DNA from: Octopus vulgaris
Lineage: Eukaryota
Direction: 5' to 3'
DNA: 64,000 nt
Assembly: GCA_951406725.2 (NCBI GenBank)
Contig: OX597817.1
Location: 141,112,001 to 141,176,000 of the forward strand
Shown piece after piece: positions 24,806-37,516 of the stretch. The notes under the pieces are model-generated. The model made no database searches. It saw nothing but the letters and a program-made list of their open reading frames with translations, and had not been told where the DNA came from. The stretch's first letter is position 1. Every line of letters begins with the position of its first letter. A program made the translations under genes and the position numbers.

Positions 24806-26605
24806 GCTTGTTTGCTATTAGAATTTCTTTCAAGAGTTTATTTGCCTTACATTCCACACTAGACCTGCAGGTTGGCAAGCATCTATCTTAAGCACATTGA
24901 CAGTATTTATTTCAGATTGCTGAGACCTAAAAGAAATATCTCAAGGCACCAGTATGATAATCTTATTCTGCCAATCCATCATGCTAGATTGGTAGTTCTT
25001 TATCAAATCCCAAAAGAATGAATGCCCAGAATTGACTGTGATGGGATTTGATATCAGGTGTGGATGAGAAGATTACTTCCCAATCACATGGTTTCCACAT
25101 TAGTTCCACTGTGTGGATATTACAGCCCTGGGGCAGTCAAAGCCTTGTGAACAGATCAAGTAGACAGAAATTGAAAGAAATCCAGTGTGTATGTATATGT
25201 GTGTATTTGTCTCCTCATGACATTGGGTAAATGAATGTCACTATCTGTTTCTTTATTACCCACAAAGGGCTAAACACAGAAGGGACAAACAAGGACAGAC
25301 AAAGGTATTAAGTTGATTATATCGACCCCAGTGCGTAACTGGTACTTAATTTATCGATCCTGAAAGGTTGAAAGGCAAAGTTGACCTCGGCGGAATTTGT
25401 ACTCAGGACGTAGTGGCAGACGATATACGGCCACGCATTTTGCCCAGCATGCTAACGTTTCTGCCAGCTCGCCACCTAAATGAGTGTCACTATCATACAA
25501 GCAGTGTCACTCATTTTGTGAAAACATGTCTGGCCATGATTGGAAGCAGATGAGGGAGGGTTGCTGACAAGAAGGGCATCTGGCAGTAGAAAACCTACCT
25601 GAACTCCACCTGACCCATGCAAGCATTGAAAGGTGAACATTAAAAGGATGACTGTTTTCACTCTCTGTACGCATCACTAACACCATAAGTCATTCTATTC
25701 AACACTCTAAGCAACTCTACTGACTCGCCACCATTTTAGAAAGCTGCATATTGAATAATATATCCCAAGGTAGACTGTTGCTAGAAGAAAAAGGTTAGAT
25801 GGTCAAAGTTTAACTGTCTTTAATCATAGATCTACTCTATTATGACAGGCTTGGAGCTAAAGAACCAGGTGTAAAAAATTAACATTTCCTTCTCCAAGCC
25901 TAGATTCGAAACCGAATCTAAAAATTCTCGGTCATCCAAACCATGATGATCAATAGGCGCGAAAAAAGGTTTTCTTTGTCCTGTCAAACATTGATTGATC
26001 ATCTCCCTTTAACCTACGACCTCAGCCATGTCAGGCGAAGTTCAAATGGACAGAAGCTGACCTATTTAGGTAAAACCCCTGCTGCAGTATGTCTGTCTTT
26101 CTAGCTGCCACAATTATTATAAATATGCTGATCAACAGAGACCAGTGGGAGAGGAAATCGAGGAAAGTCGACCACACAACAGGTTTTGAATGACCGCACA
26201 GAATGTTCGAAGTGCCATGATAGACTACTATCTCAAATCATCTATGCACACACGCACACACACAAACATATTCATTCCTGATATATGACTTCTACAAATG
26301 TACTCTGTTTGTATTTCTAGCAACTTGTAGCAGTTGTCAACATTTTGTATGCAGTGAAGAATTAAGTGTACCTATAACAAATCAAGTCCAGTGAATAAAT
26401 TATTTTTAATTATGGATTGGTTCACGTATTTGTTTACTTTAAAGACAAACACATTCCATTTGCATCTGTTTTCCTTCATACACACCTAACCACTACAAAG
26501 GACTCTCGTCTATAGTTACATGGCTTACTAGAAATAAGTCCAATTTCTTGTAGCAAACTTATCTTTAAAAAGAGGACGCATCTCTGTAATCATGTCTAAT
26601 ATAAA

Positions 26606-27176
26606 TGTTGGTTGGTTGATTCCTCTACTCATGCTCTATATTGTGTAGAAAGAGGGAGAGAGAGTAAAAGAGATACAGGGAAAGTTAACGTAAGAAGTGC
26701 AGGAACAATGCACATATGAGGCTCCATGGCAGACAGTAAGTAAAGGAAAATTATAAACATACATAGAAAGAAAGAAGTATATATAGAGAGAAGAGAGAAT
26801 GAATCACATGACAACTTGCTGGGGCTGTCTGCTGGAGCCTAGTGGCAGGTATTTAAAGGGAAAAATTTGACAAGTCAGTCAGTCACTGGCTGACACTCGC
26901 TGACGATACATCGAAGAGGCCAGGGAACATAAGAAAGAAGACATGTACCCAACACCAGAGCTGAAGACACCTTGGTAGAGGAGAAGGGGCCGAAACCGGA
27001 CGTTGTTCCTCCTGATGATGTCTTGAGCTAACTGGATCCTATAAAGGAGCTGTTGTGGTAGCAGACCACGAAACAAGGTTGAAATTCCATAGGAGATGTT
27101 ATGCAAATGTAAAATCTGTTTTATTAAATTATAAATATATTTCTTTTGAAAATTCGTTTTATCATTTTTATCAACG
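26606..27176 (+). mobile_element. Probable solo LTR
   Basis: Begins TGTTG and ends ...TCAAC, abutting a short RTE tail. TATTTAAAG is followed ~25 nt later by CAGTCAGTCA, and ATTAAA lies near the 3' end. No clear TSD. Confidence 0.4.
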
Positions 27177-27779
27177 GATGCTAAACGATGATGATGATGA
27201 TGATATAAACGTCAAAAAATTTGATAAGAGGTGATGTATATTGTTTGCATGCCATATTTCCTAATGTTACTCATAGTGGTAAAAGTATACACCCAACACT
27301 CATACAACTAGAGACATCCTAGTTGGATGATACTGGTTAGCTTATGTGCTGAACAAATAAGGCAGAGAATATTCTGAATATTTGTGGTGCCTTATTAGAC
27401 TTCATCAGTGTTATCATTTCCACCATTCCTTATTGGTACTGTAGTAACTAAACTGTTTAGCTAGAATCAGGATAAATTTTAATGTTCTATTGAAGTTTTC
27501 CATTATGTAAGTGCTGTTCCAGCTTTATAATTCATCTAATTGTTTTAATATTTATTGTCATTTTCATTATTCATCTTCATTCTGTTGAATATTATTTCTA
27601 TATTCTTTATGCAGTTGCTTTTACTATTTGATGCCTGACACAATAGTCATTATAATTAAACTCATGACCATGTGATCAACAATATACTAGCATCTTAATT
27701 CAACAACCATTGAAGTCTTCGTTGTGTTTATTCATGTTTTTAAAAACACTAATGTGTGTGTGTGTGTGTGCTAAGGCAC

Positions 27780-28798
27780 CGCCAGTGTAATCACCTTTTA
27801 ATTGGCCAATTCTATGGGATTGGCTTTTGGTGAAGGAGAGAATTCAATACCGCTGCCCTATTTTGAGTTTCCTGCCTTGATATTGGTTCATCTGGGATCT
27901 TGGATAGCAAGACTTCAAGCTGTTTCTTGAAAACACCTATTCCCACTCCATGGAGATCCCTCAGATATTTTGGCAAAAAGTTAAATAGTTGTGAGCCTTT
28001 GAATCCCAAGTTATTGCAGTGCATGGTCTTCACCTTAAATGTGATAGCTAGAACTTTTGGAACAGTGCAGTGACATCCATTTTGAGGTCTGGTATAACTC
28101 TCAATTCCAAATGTTGGTGTCAGCCCCTCCAGTTTCTTCCATACATATATCACTGCATACCTCTCCTGACTTCACTCCAGGGAGTAGAATCATAGCTCTT
28201 TCAGTCTCTCCCAGTAGCTCAGCTGTTCCATTGATGCAATCTTCCTCATGTAGTGTCACAGAACTGCCTCAAGTTCTGCTATTAATTCTACAGTGTAAGG
28301 TGCCGCAGTTGAGAGCATTTATCCAGATGGCTGAGGACAAATGCCCAACATACAACCAGCATAGTTTCCTGGTCCCTTGTTCTGAAGATTCTCAGAATCC
28401 ATCTAGCCATTGGCCTGCACACTGCCATATATGTGACATATATGTGAAACAAGGCAATGTCGCTCATATCAGTCCCAAGATCATGCACCATATGTGATTC
28501 TAAGATTGACACTCTTTTTGGCCCAGAGTATCATTACTGTGACTTCTGAGCACTAATTAGCAGGTAGCAGAGGACCTGGAATTTGCTGCATCAAATTGCA
28601 TGTTGTCCTCAGCTCATTCATACATGGCATCTAGGTCTTTCTGTGGAAGATTAGCATCAGAAAGTTCCTTGACTGCTTGACTGTATCGTCAGCATAGCTA
28701 GTAAGTGCCTCTCTGTGTAACTGATGGCATGTCTGAAAGAGCCACCATCAGAAGTAGTGGCCCCAATACAGTTCCCCGAGGCACTCTGCTTTCTATTA
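27780..28798 (-). mobile_element. CR1-like LINE, RT and C-terminus
   Basis: VPRGTVLGPLL at ~28785, SYADDT at ~28690, and IYVWKKLEGL...LFNFLPKYLR...FKKQLE..LSKIPDEP. Confidence 0.85.
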
Positions 28799-29026
28799 GT
28801 GGCTGGTGACTTCAATGGTCATGTTGGACAACATGCAGGGGGCTTCCATGGTGTACATGGAAGCAATGGTTTTGGTTCCAGCAATGAGGAGGGAACCAGG
28901 CTGCTGGAGTTCTGTGATGCAAATGATCTTATGGTTTGCAATGCTAACTTCAGGAAACCTGCCAGTTACCTAGTCACCAACTGATCTGGTGGACACACTA
29001 ATCAAGTTTATTACATCCTCACCAAG

Positions 29027-29030
<4 letters not shown>
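28799..29030 (+). mobile_element. RTE AP-endonuclease fragment
   Basis: VAGDFNGHVG...GFGSSNEEGTRLLEFCDANDLMVCN..FRK. Confidence 0.85.
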
Positions 29031-29067
<37 letters not shown>

Positions 29068-29069
29068 TA

Positions 29070-29660
29070 CATCATGAGATGAGCTCAAACTCAGCAACAG
29101 GTTCTGGTGGATTCCCAGCAATCCTCCTAAAGAAATGCAAAGGGGTTCCTGCTAGACCACTTCAGATTCTCTTCCAGAGCTTCCTTACAACAAGGAGACT
29201 TCCCAAAAAATTAAAGACAGGCATTATATGCCCTATCCATAAGGGAGGTAGCAGAGCAGATGCTAAGAATTATAGACCTAACTCACTAACTTCCCATTTA
29301 AGCAAAGCCATGGAGTGCAATGTCAGGAAGAAATTAATTGCGTTTCTTGAAGATAATGACTTGCTTCTTGACACCCAGCATGGCATTCACTCAGACACAA
29401 ACTGCCTTACACAGCTTACAAAGGCTTACACCACTTTTGCAACACTATGAGTGGGTGTTGAAACAATTAATGAATTGCTAAAATGTAGATGTGATCTATC
29501 TCAACTTTACAAAGGCCTTTAATAAGGTTGATCACGGGATGATATGTCACAAACTTCGGAAACTCGGCATAATTGGGAAAATTGGAGAGTGCTTGCATGA
29601 TTTCTTAAAAGACAGAAGCCAGGCTGTAGCAGCCAACAGAGCCCTCTCCACAGCCACTCT
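29070..29660 (+). mobile_element. CR1-like LINE RT N-terminal part, inverted relative to 27780-28798
   Basis: ICPIHKGGSRADAKNYRP.SLTSHLSKAME and YLNFTKAFNKVDHGMICHKL. Confidence 0.85.
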
Positions 29661-30451
29661 TATGCCTATTTTTATTATTATTTATGATTACTAGGAAAGC
29701 TTTTTTAAACTATATTTAAGAACTTTTTTGCTAAACCCTTAACATTTAATGCAATTTTAGAAATGACAAAATCCATAAAATTCTCAACATTTTATTCCAA
29801 ATATCAAAAGAATCTAACCAAAATAGTTAGCAAAATTCTAAAATCACCCTCTGTTATGATCCTTAAATGTGTCACCTGCCCCTCTTCCCAGGCACATTGT
29901 TTCTCCATGAGCTTCCCGTTAATCATAATTCTCCCTTTATTCCAATAGCTTCTTCCTTCATATTGCTCCTCTCTGGAACTCATTGCCATTATCTTCTTTT
30001 CCTCTGGCCTATGATATTCAGTCCTTTAAGCTTTCTGTTTATTGACATCTTTTGAATTTGTTGACCCCTTATTTTCCTTCTTTGTAGTCCCTTATGCTAC
30101 AGTGGTTTTGAACCATGTTGGGGGAAAATTGTATAAAAGACATAAAGAAAAATGGGTGGGGGATATAAATTTCACATCAGCATATAATTCCTGATATGTA
30201 GGTGATCATGGCTGAAACATCATTGATTGTAGAGCTGCTGGAACAAGGTTGACCAGGGGTTAAATAACAGCGAAATAGAACTGTCTTTACAAAAAAAGCA
30301 CATTTCTAGAGAACAATGTAGTTTTTTTAATGAAAAACAATGAACTTTAAAAATTATCATTTAAATTTATTTGGACAAAAAATTATATGAAACTTATAAT
30401 TAAACAAAACAATAATGTACATTCTGATTATCATCACACTTTGCATTGCAG

Positions 30452-30573
30452 TATCACATGACCTTACATCATACTGTCATCTGACTTACTATCAAAATAT
30501 CATGTGACCTTACATAAACAATATCATATGACGACATTTGAATATCACCTGACCTTGTGTCAAAATATCACCC
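30452..30573. repeat. Degenerate 21-24-bp minisatellite in the predicted 3' UTR of the CTLD+PAN gene
   Basis: About five and a half units beginning TATCAnnTGAC. Confidence 0.8.
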
Positions 30574-30835
30574 AATGAATGATTATTATTTATGATGTTT
30601 TAATAAAAGAAATGTATTTGTTGGTTTGTAGATCGACTTTGGTATTTGGTTCTAGCTACAATTCCAAAGACAATTCAGCCTCTAATCTATGTAAATAAAC
30701 ATGCAACACATAACATTAACTGGTTCTTTTAATAGCATTGATCCTGGATCTTTTTCCTGAAAAACATTCTCTCTTTCTTTGCTTCATTCACATCAATGAA
30801 AGAGATTTTCGATCAAATTCAGTCCATTAGCTGCC

Positions 30836-31089
30836 TCAGTTGGTGATCTTGCTGTAACATGTTATGTATTTTTCAGTACAAATTAATTCAGTTTTACTGG
30901 TAAAATCTTCTTGGTAGAGTTCACATTTGTATTTAACAGAATCAAATCTGTAGACAGTACAGCATGCTGTTTGAAGACAAAAGTTGCCGCATAAAAGAGT
31001 GTTTTGGATAAAATTCCCACTTTTGATGAAAGTAACAAATGTGATGTTACTTTTGGAATTAGTGTATTGTACAGTTTGTGCCTTCGGAT
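30836..31089 (-). CDS. CTLD+PAN gene, last coding exon (PAN/apple-like domain)
   Basis: ttttcag acceptor, 254 nt to TGA. Encodes ...LLCGNFCLQTACCTVYRFDSVKYKCELY..., a C-x3-C-x5-C...CxL PAN pattern. The four exons total 738 nt (245 aa plus stop) in frame. Candidate AATAAA on - at 30366-30371. Confidence 0.85.
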
Positions 31090-34000
31090 CTGAAAATACA
31101 ATTGTGAAAACATGAGTTCTGTGATTAACAAAGATTACTTGAATAACTAAACAAGGTATTTGCAAGGTATTTGATGATACTGTTGGGGCTGGTACCCACA
31201 TAAAAAGCACCCCATACTCTGTAAAGTGTATGTAGAAGCCCTGCCAAACAGGCGATGAAGCCAAGTATGTCTCTCGGCTTTTTAATCTCCTGTCAAACTC
31301 TGTTAAACATGTCAGCATAGAAAACAGGCATTAAATGATGATGATAAATGGTTATAATGTTTGACAAAATGTTTATATTCTTATGTAAGAATCAAAGTTT
31401 ATAGATGTTATGGTGTTAGTGGTGTTATGGGCTGTGATGAGCTATGTGGTGTTGGTGGAGAGGATGACAGATGAGGTGGGCGGAAGTAAGGCTTGCAGAG
31501 GCTGGTGGAAGAGTGAAAGGGGCATGCATGGTCAGCAAGCACGTGTGGTGAGTTCCAGCAAAGATGGGAGAGCGATAAGACGTGTTGAATTCGTGAGTGA
31601 CCGCTGATTTCGCCGAGGTAAGGCCTTTTGTATTTCTTTCTCCCATTGCTTCTTTTTCTGTTGTCCTTTTCCTCCATCACACTACAGATGTCATTAAATT
31701 TAGTAATTGGCACCCTCGTCATCATTTTAATGTTTACATTCCCATGCTTGCGTAGGTCATGCTCTTCCTGATACTGAGTCTCAGTTATTTCCAAGCAAGC
31801 TGATACATATCATCAGCATCATCATCATCATTGTTTTAAAGATGCTGGTATGGATTGGATGGTTTGACAGGAGCTGTCCAGACTCCAATTGTCCCTTGTG
31901 GGTCGGTTTTATTTCTGGATGCCCTTCATAATGCCAACCACTTTACAGAGTGTACTGGATGTATTTTATGTGCCATCAGCACAAGGGCATTTTATGAGGC
32001 ACCATGGCCCACATGTATGGATGAGAGCAATTTTACTTGGCTTGACATATCCTCTCAAGTACAGCAAATCACCACTTTATGGCTATGAAGAAGGCACTTT
32101 CCCATGATGCCATGCAACAGAACTGAACCCAAAACCACACAGTTAGGAATGAAACTTCTTAACCACACAGCCACATAAGCACCTATGTGAAGAATGAAAA
32201 AAAAAAAGCTTCATGTTTGGGACATCAAGTTTTGAGGGAATAGAAGTCAAAAAATGGCTAGAGCATAAATGCCTTTGTAAGAAGGGAAAGACTTCTTCAA
32301 AAGTAAGAGACATGTCCTCCTGGACGTAAGCACTTTTGTATAATAATGTTGATATTTAATAAGGTATTGCACTCACTAACAACCGTAGATTGACTGTGAT
32401 AGTAATTTTGATATGTCACAAGTGCAAGCATGGCTGTGTGGTTAACAGCCTTGTCTCCTATCCATGTGTTCAGTCTCATTACACAGCACCTTGGGCAAGT
32501 ATCTTCTATTATAGCCCTGGCCTGACCAAAATGTTGTTAGTTGATTTAGCATCATCATCATCGTTTAACGTCCGTTTTCTGTGCTAGCATGGGTTGGACG
32601 GTTCAACCGGGGTCTGGGAAGCTAGGGGCTGCACCAGGCTCCAGTCTGATCTGGCAGTGTTTCTACAGCTGGATCCCCTTCCTAATGCCAACCACTCCAT
32701 GAGTGTAGTGGGTGCTTTTTACGTGCCACCGGCACAGGTGCCAGGGGAGGAGAGGAAATTTCACTGTCATCCAAGGGATGTTTTTTTATTTCCAGTTTTC
32801 TGTGAGAATCATGTCTGACCATAGGGAAATATTACCTTGCTTAGAAACAGGTGTGGGTTGGTGACAGGAAGAGCATCCAGCTGTAGAAAATCTGCTTTAA
32901 TGATTGCATCTGATTCATGCCAGCAGGGAAAATCATTATCATCATCATTTAGTGTCCACCCTCCATGCTGGCATGAGTTGAATAGTTTGACAGGATCTGG
33001 CAAGCTCCAGTGTCAGCTTTGGCAAGGTTTCCACACCAGTATACTCTTCTTAATGCCAAACACTTTTCAGAGTGCACTAGGTGCTTTGCATGTGTGTGTG
33101 TCCGTCCATATGTGTGCATGTGCCTCCAGCTCTAGTGAGTTTGTGAAACAACTAGTAAAAGGAAAAGCTCCCACTATTAAGAGAAGAGTCTTTAAGAGTG
33201 GAAGGCTTTGTGCCTGGTGTTGAAAGGCTAAAATAGGGTGCAGGGACAAGCACAGGTGTGTCACTGTTGAGGAGAAAAGAAGGTAGTGATGAGGGGGGGG
33301 TGCTAGAGAAAACTCTCAAAGAGCAAGAAGGTGAGCATAAGAGAGGATACAGTCAGTAGGTCCGGGGGGGGGGGGAGATGAAAGAGTTTGTGGGTGCTTT
33401 CATAGGAGTGTAAGTGGGGAGTAAACAGATGGAGGTTGTGGTGAATATAGTGAGTGATGAACAGGAGTGAAGGTGCAGTTGAAGGGAAATACTAGTAGAA
33501 GAGAGGTCAGATTAGAGATATATGTTTCCTTATTATCCACAAAGGGTTAAACATAGAGGGGACAAACAAGGACAGACAAACGAATTAAGTTGGTTACATC
33601 GACCCCAGTGCATAACTGGTACTTATTTAATCGGCCCCGAAAGGATGAAAGCCAAAGTCAACCTCGGCGGAATTTGAACTCAGAACATAACAGCAGACGA
33701 AGTACTGCTATGCATTTCGCCCGATGTGCTAACGGTTCTGCCAGCTAGTGGTTCAGGGAGGGGAATGGATGAGAAGGTAGTGAGTGATGTGTAAGGCTAG
33801 GAGCCATGGAGAGGGGGAGATGTAGAGGTACATAAGGGTAGAGGGTTGTAATAAGTTGGGACATGATGGCAGATATGATTAAGAATGGAGTATAGTGGAG
33901 GGGGAGAGAGCAGTATTTGAAAGCATGGAAAGGGGGTGATTATTAAAAATAGTGTGGACAGGGATGATAATGAGGAATGGAAGTGGTTCTGGGAGATGAG

Positions 34001-34534
34001 GTGTCCAAAAGGGAGGAGATGTACCATGTGTCAAATTGACTCTCAGGTGATTATAACAGCTGAATAAATAGGGGGGTGATTGGTGTGAAGGCAAACAGAG
34101 AGGGAGGGGGTGCCCCCCTCCTGTACCAGCACAACTGAGTGGTTTTAGAATGTCGTTTTTGCTGTAAAAGATGGGTTTTCTCAAGTACAGCAAAACATCA
34201 ATCATCTTGGGTTTCTTTTCATCTTCATAGAGTTCAGCATCTTGCAATCAGCCTTCATCTTGTAGTGAATGTTAAATGAAATGGTGATGAGGATATTGCA
34301 CTCACTAACCACCACACGTTGACTGCCATTGGAACCAGAGTCTGAATCCAATGATAAAACGGACCAAGAGAACAAATTCATATTTGATGCTTTACTTTAA
34401 GTTGGTGTAATGAAGAATAGGATTTTCTTCTAAAATAGCCCCAGGTCAACCAGTATCTTGTGAGTGAATTTGGTAGATGGAAATTGTGTGGAACCTGATC
34501 TTAATCAATTCTCAGATGCATTGGTGTAGGCACA

Positions 34535-34537
<3 letters not shown>

Positions 34538-34571
<34 letters not shown>

Positions 34572-35005
34572 AATTATTGTATACAGTGCTCAGGTGCACC
34601 ACACCTTGTCAAAAGTGCGTATAAAGTATATGCAGTAATGCACAAATGTCTGGAGAGTGAACAGTGTATGAGTCAGATACAAGCTTGCATGTGTATGGAG
34701 GGGAGAAAATCAGGTGTAGTGTTGGCGAATCTCAGGAAGCATGGAAGTTTTGAAGGATGCAGTGCACCGACAACTAACAACTGATGCCAGCAGTTTGTTC
34801 CATGCTTCAGCAACTCTTAGTGCGAAAAAATGTTTCCGAAAGTCAGGGGAGCTGTGCTGTTTTGTGACTTTATAAACATGTCCATGGGTGTTAGACAGGT
34901 GGAGTTTGAAAAGGTGCTCAGAGTTATTGTTAGTAGGATGGTTAATAATTTTATGGGTGTCTGCCAAGTCAGCTGCCAGACGTCAGAGTTTCAATGTATC
35001 AAATG
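34538..35005 (-). mobile_element. CR1-like LINE 3' end with (ATT)n tail; second copy at ~41913-42205
   Basis: THGHVYK...FRKHFFALRVAEAWNKL..SVV...FK, with a near-identical UTR in both copies. Confidence 0.8.
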
Positions 35006-37306
35006 GTCAAATACCAAAACAAATCTTTTATGATCAGTTTGTAAATTGATGACACAATGTTGCCTGGCCACTACTGAGGTAGGAGAACAAATTCAAAGAT
35101 AATTTGAAATGCCTGAATAGTAGGAAAGGAAACTTTGAGAATCTTGCAAGAAACCATTCAGACTGGAGGAGAAAGTGCTTTTTCCAGCTTCAAAATTTAA
35201 AATTCAAAAGGTACTTCATCAAGAGTAGTTACCAGAAAATAGGAAAATCAACCAACACAACATCAGTCTTTTCACAAACTACCATTGTCCACATGGTAAT
35301 TTCACAGCTAGATCACATGCTGGTTTAATAAATCACGCTCATATCCATATTGCTTTTGGTGGCCCGAGGAGTCACCAGGTGAAGTAAATGAATTGTAAAC
35401 TTTGGTGAATAGTAATGTGAGTGTATTGTTGATTGTTTTTCCTTTTTTTTTCTGTCTTCTTGTTGAACACTCATACATCATCTTTGACAGGAGGGTTCAT
35501 CTTTTGTATATCATCATTTAATGTTTATTTTCCATACTGGCATGTCTTGGGCAGTTTGAAAGGGCCTGGTTAAGCAGAAGACTGCACCAGGCTTCACTGT
35601 CTGTTTTGGCAGGGTTTTTACAGCTGGATGCCCTTCCTAACACCAACCACCCAGCAGCGTGGACTGAGTGCATTTTACATGGTAGCAACACCAGCAAGGC
35701 CAGTTTTGGCAGAGTTTTTACAGCTGGCTGCCCTTCTTAACATCAACCCCTTACAGAGTGGACTGAGTGTGTTTTACATGGTAGCAACACCAGCAAGGCC
35801 AGTTTTGGCAGAGGTTTTACAGCTGGGTGCTCTTCCAGACACCAACCACTTTACAGTGTGGACTGGCAGCAGGGTCACCAAGTGACTTGCAAGACAAAGA
35901 TCCTTTGAGAGGTGGGCATGGGAGGAGGTGGCCTTGTGCCTGGTGATGAGAGGTTAGAGTGTGATGGAGGGATAGAAACAGGTGTGTTGCTGTAGAGGAG
36001 ATACATGGTTACCCAGTCAGAGGGAGAGAGCAAGAAGGTGAAAGTGGGAGAGAGATGGTGGTAAAGTGCCAGGGTACACCCTCAAAGTATGAAGATCAGA
36101 ATAAAATCTCATGGTAGAGGAGGGCGAGAGAGAGAGAGAGAGATAGTAGCAAAGTGCCATGACATACCCTCAAGATATGGGGATCAGAATATAAATGAGA
36201 TGGTGGAGTATTGTTAAGGGTGCATAAGTAGTGAGTAGTGACTTCACATGAATGTACAACCGAGTGGGGGTGAAGAATGACTGGTGAAACGTGGGTATAT
36301 AGAGGAGGTGGTGGACAAGCGGATAGCAATGGTACAATGAGCAAGGCAGTGGGGACAGGGTTGGGCAGTGAGTGATATGCATAAGCAGAGTGTATGAGAA
36401 AGAGGAAATGTGCGGAAGAGATGTAGTTTGGTTTGTTGGGGTGGGGTGCGTGGAATTTTTTTTTCATTTATCTCTCTATATATAAACGGCAAAATGTCTG
36501 TCTGTGTGAGTGTGTGCGTATCCTTTATACAAATCCACAAATTTTCAGTTAGAGGGCTCGCACTTTCTATGGTCATTCAAAACCTCTAACTGAAAAATTG
36601 TGGATTTGTATAAAGGACACACACACACACACACACACACAGACAGACATTTTGCCATTTATATATATATATATAGAGAGAGATATATATCATCGTCATC
36701 ATCATCATTATTTGACCCCCATTTCCATGCTGGCATAGGTTGGATGGTTTGACAGGAGCTGGTTTGACAAGACTGGAGGGCTGCACCAAGCTACACAGTC
36801 TCTTTTAATATGGTTTTTAGAGCTGGATGCTCTTCCTATCACCAACTACTTTGTGATCCCAAGTAAAAAGCATCCAGTGCATTCCATGAAGTGGTTGGCA
36901 TTAGGAATGGCATCCAGCCATGGATACCATGCCAAAGCAGCCAATAAAGCTTGGCACATTCCCTTGGTTTGCTAGCTCTTGTTAAATCCTCCAGGCTATG
37001 CCAGCATGAAAAATAGACATTAAATGATGATGATGATCATAATATATGTCTATCAATGTGTGTCTTTGTGTCCCCCCCCCATCTTCCACTTGACAACCGA
37101 TGTTGGTTTGTTTATGTTCCCATACCTTAGCAGTTAGCAAAAGATTCCAGTTGAATAAGTACTAGATTTAAAAATAAACATTAATACTGGGGTTGACTTG
37201 TTTGACTTAAAACCCTTCAAGGAGATGCCCCAGAATGGCCAATATCCAATGACTGAAAGAAAAGATAAAGAGAAAAGATGATAGATTTCTGCTATAGAAA
37301 AATTAC

Positions 37307-37516
37307 CTGCTTTGATATCAAACTCACACACAAATGGGTGCATAGCTTCTACAGATTCCGGTTGCCACTGGTTATACTGAGTAAATGCCCTAACATTCTC
37401 TTGTACTCCTGATTCTCTTAGTAGTTTACTAAAGTTAAGGTTTTTTTGGATGTTATTATAGTACCAAATCCATTCATTACCAATTTTCTCCAGAGCAAGC
37501 CATCGTCCAGATTTCC
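37307..37516 (-). CDS. CTLD+PAN gene, coding exon 3 (C-half of C-type lectin domain)
   Basis: 210-nt phase 1-1 exon with AAG acceptor and GTAATT donor. Encodes (R)KSGRWLALEKIGNEWIW...QWQPESVEAMHPFVCEFDIKA, with WIGL-like WLAL, WxW and FVCE motifs. Confidence 0.88.

Noticed and set aside
27385-27410. Hammerhead on - strand (CTGATGAAGTCTAATAAGGC)
   Set aside because: The required GAAA box is replaced by ACCAC.
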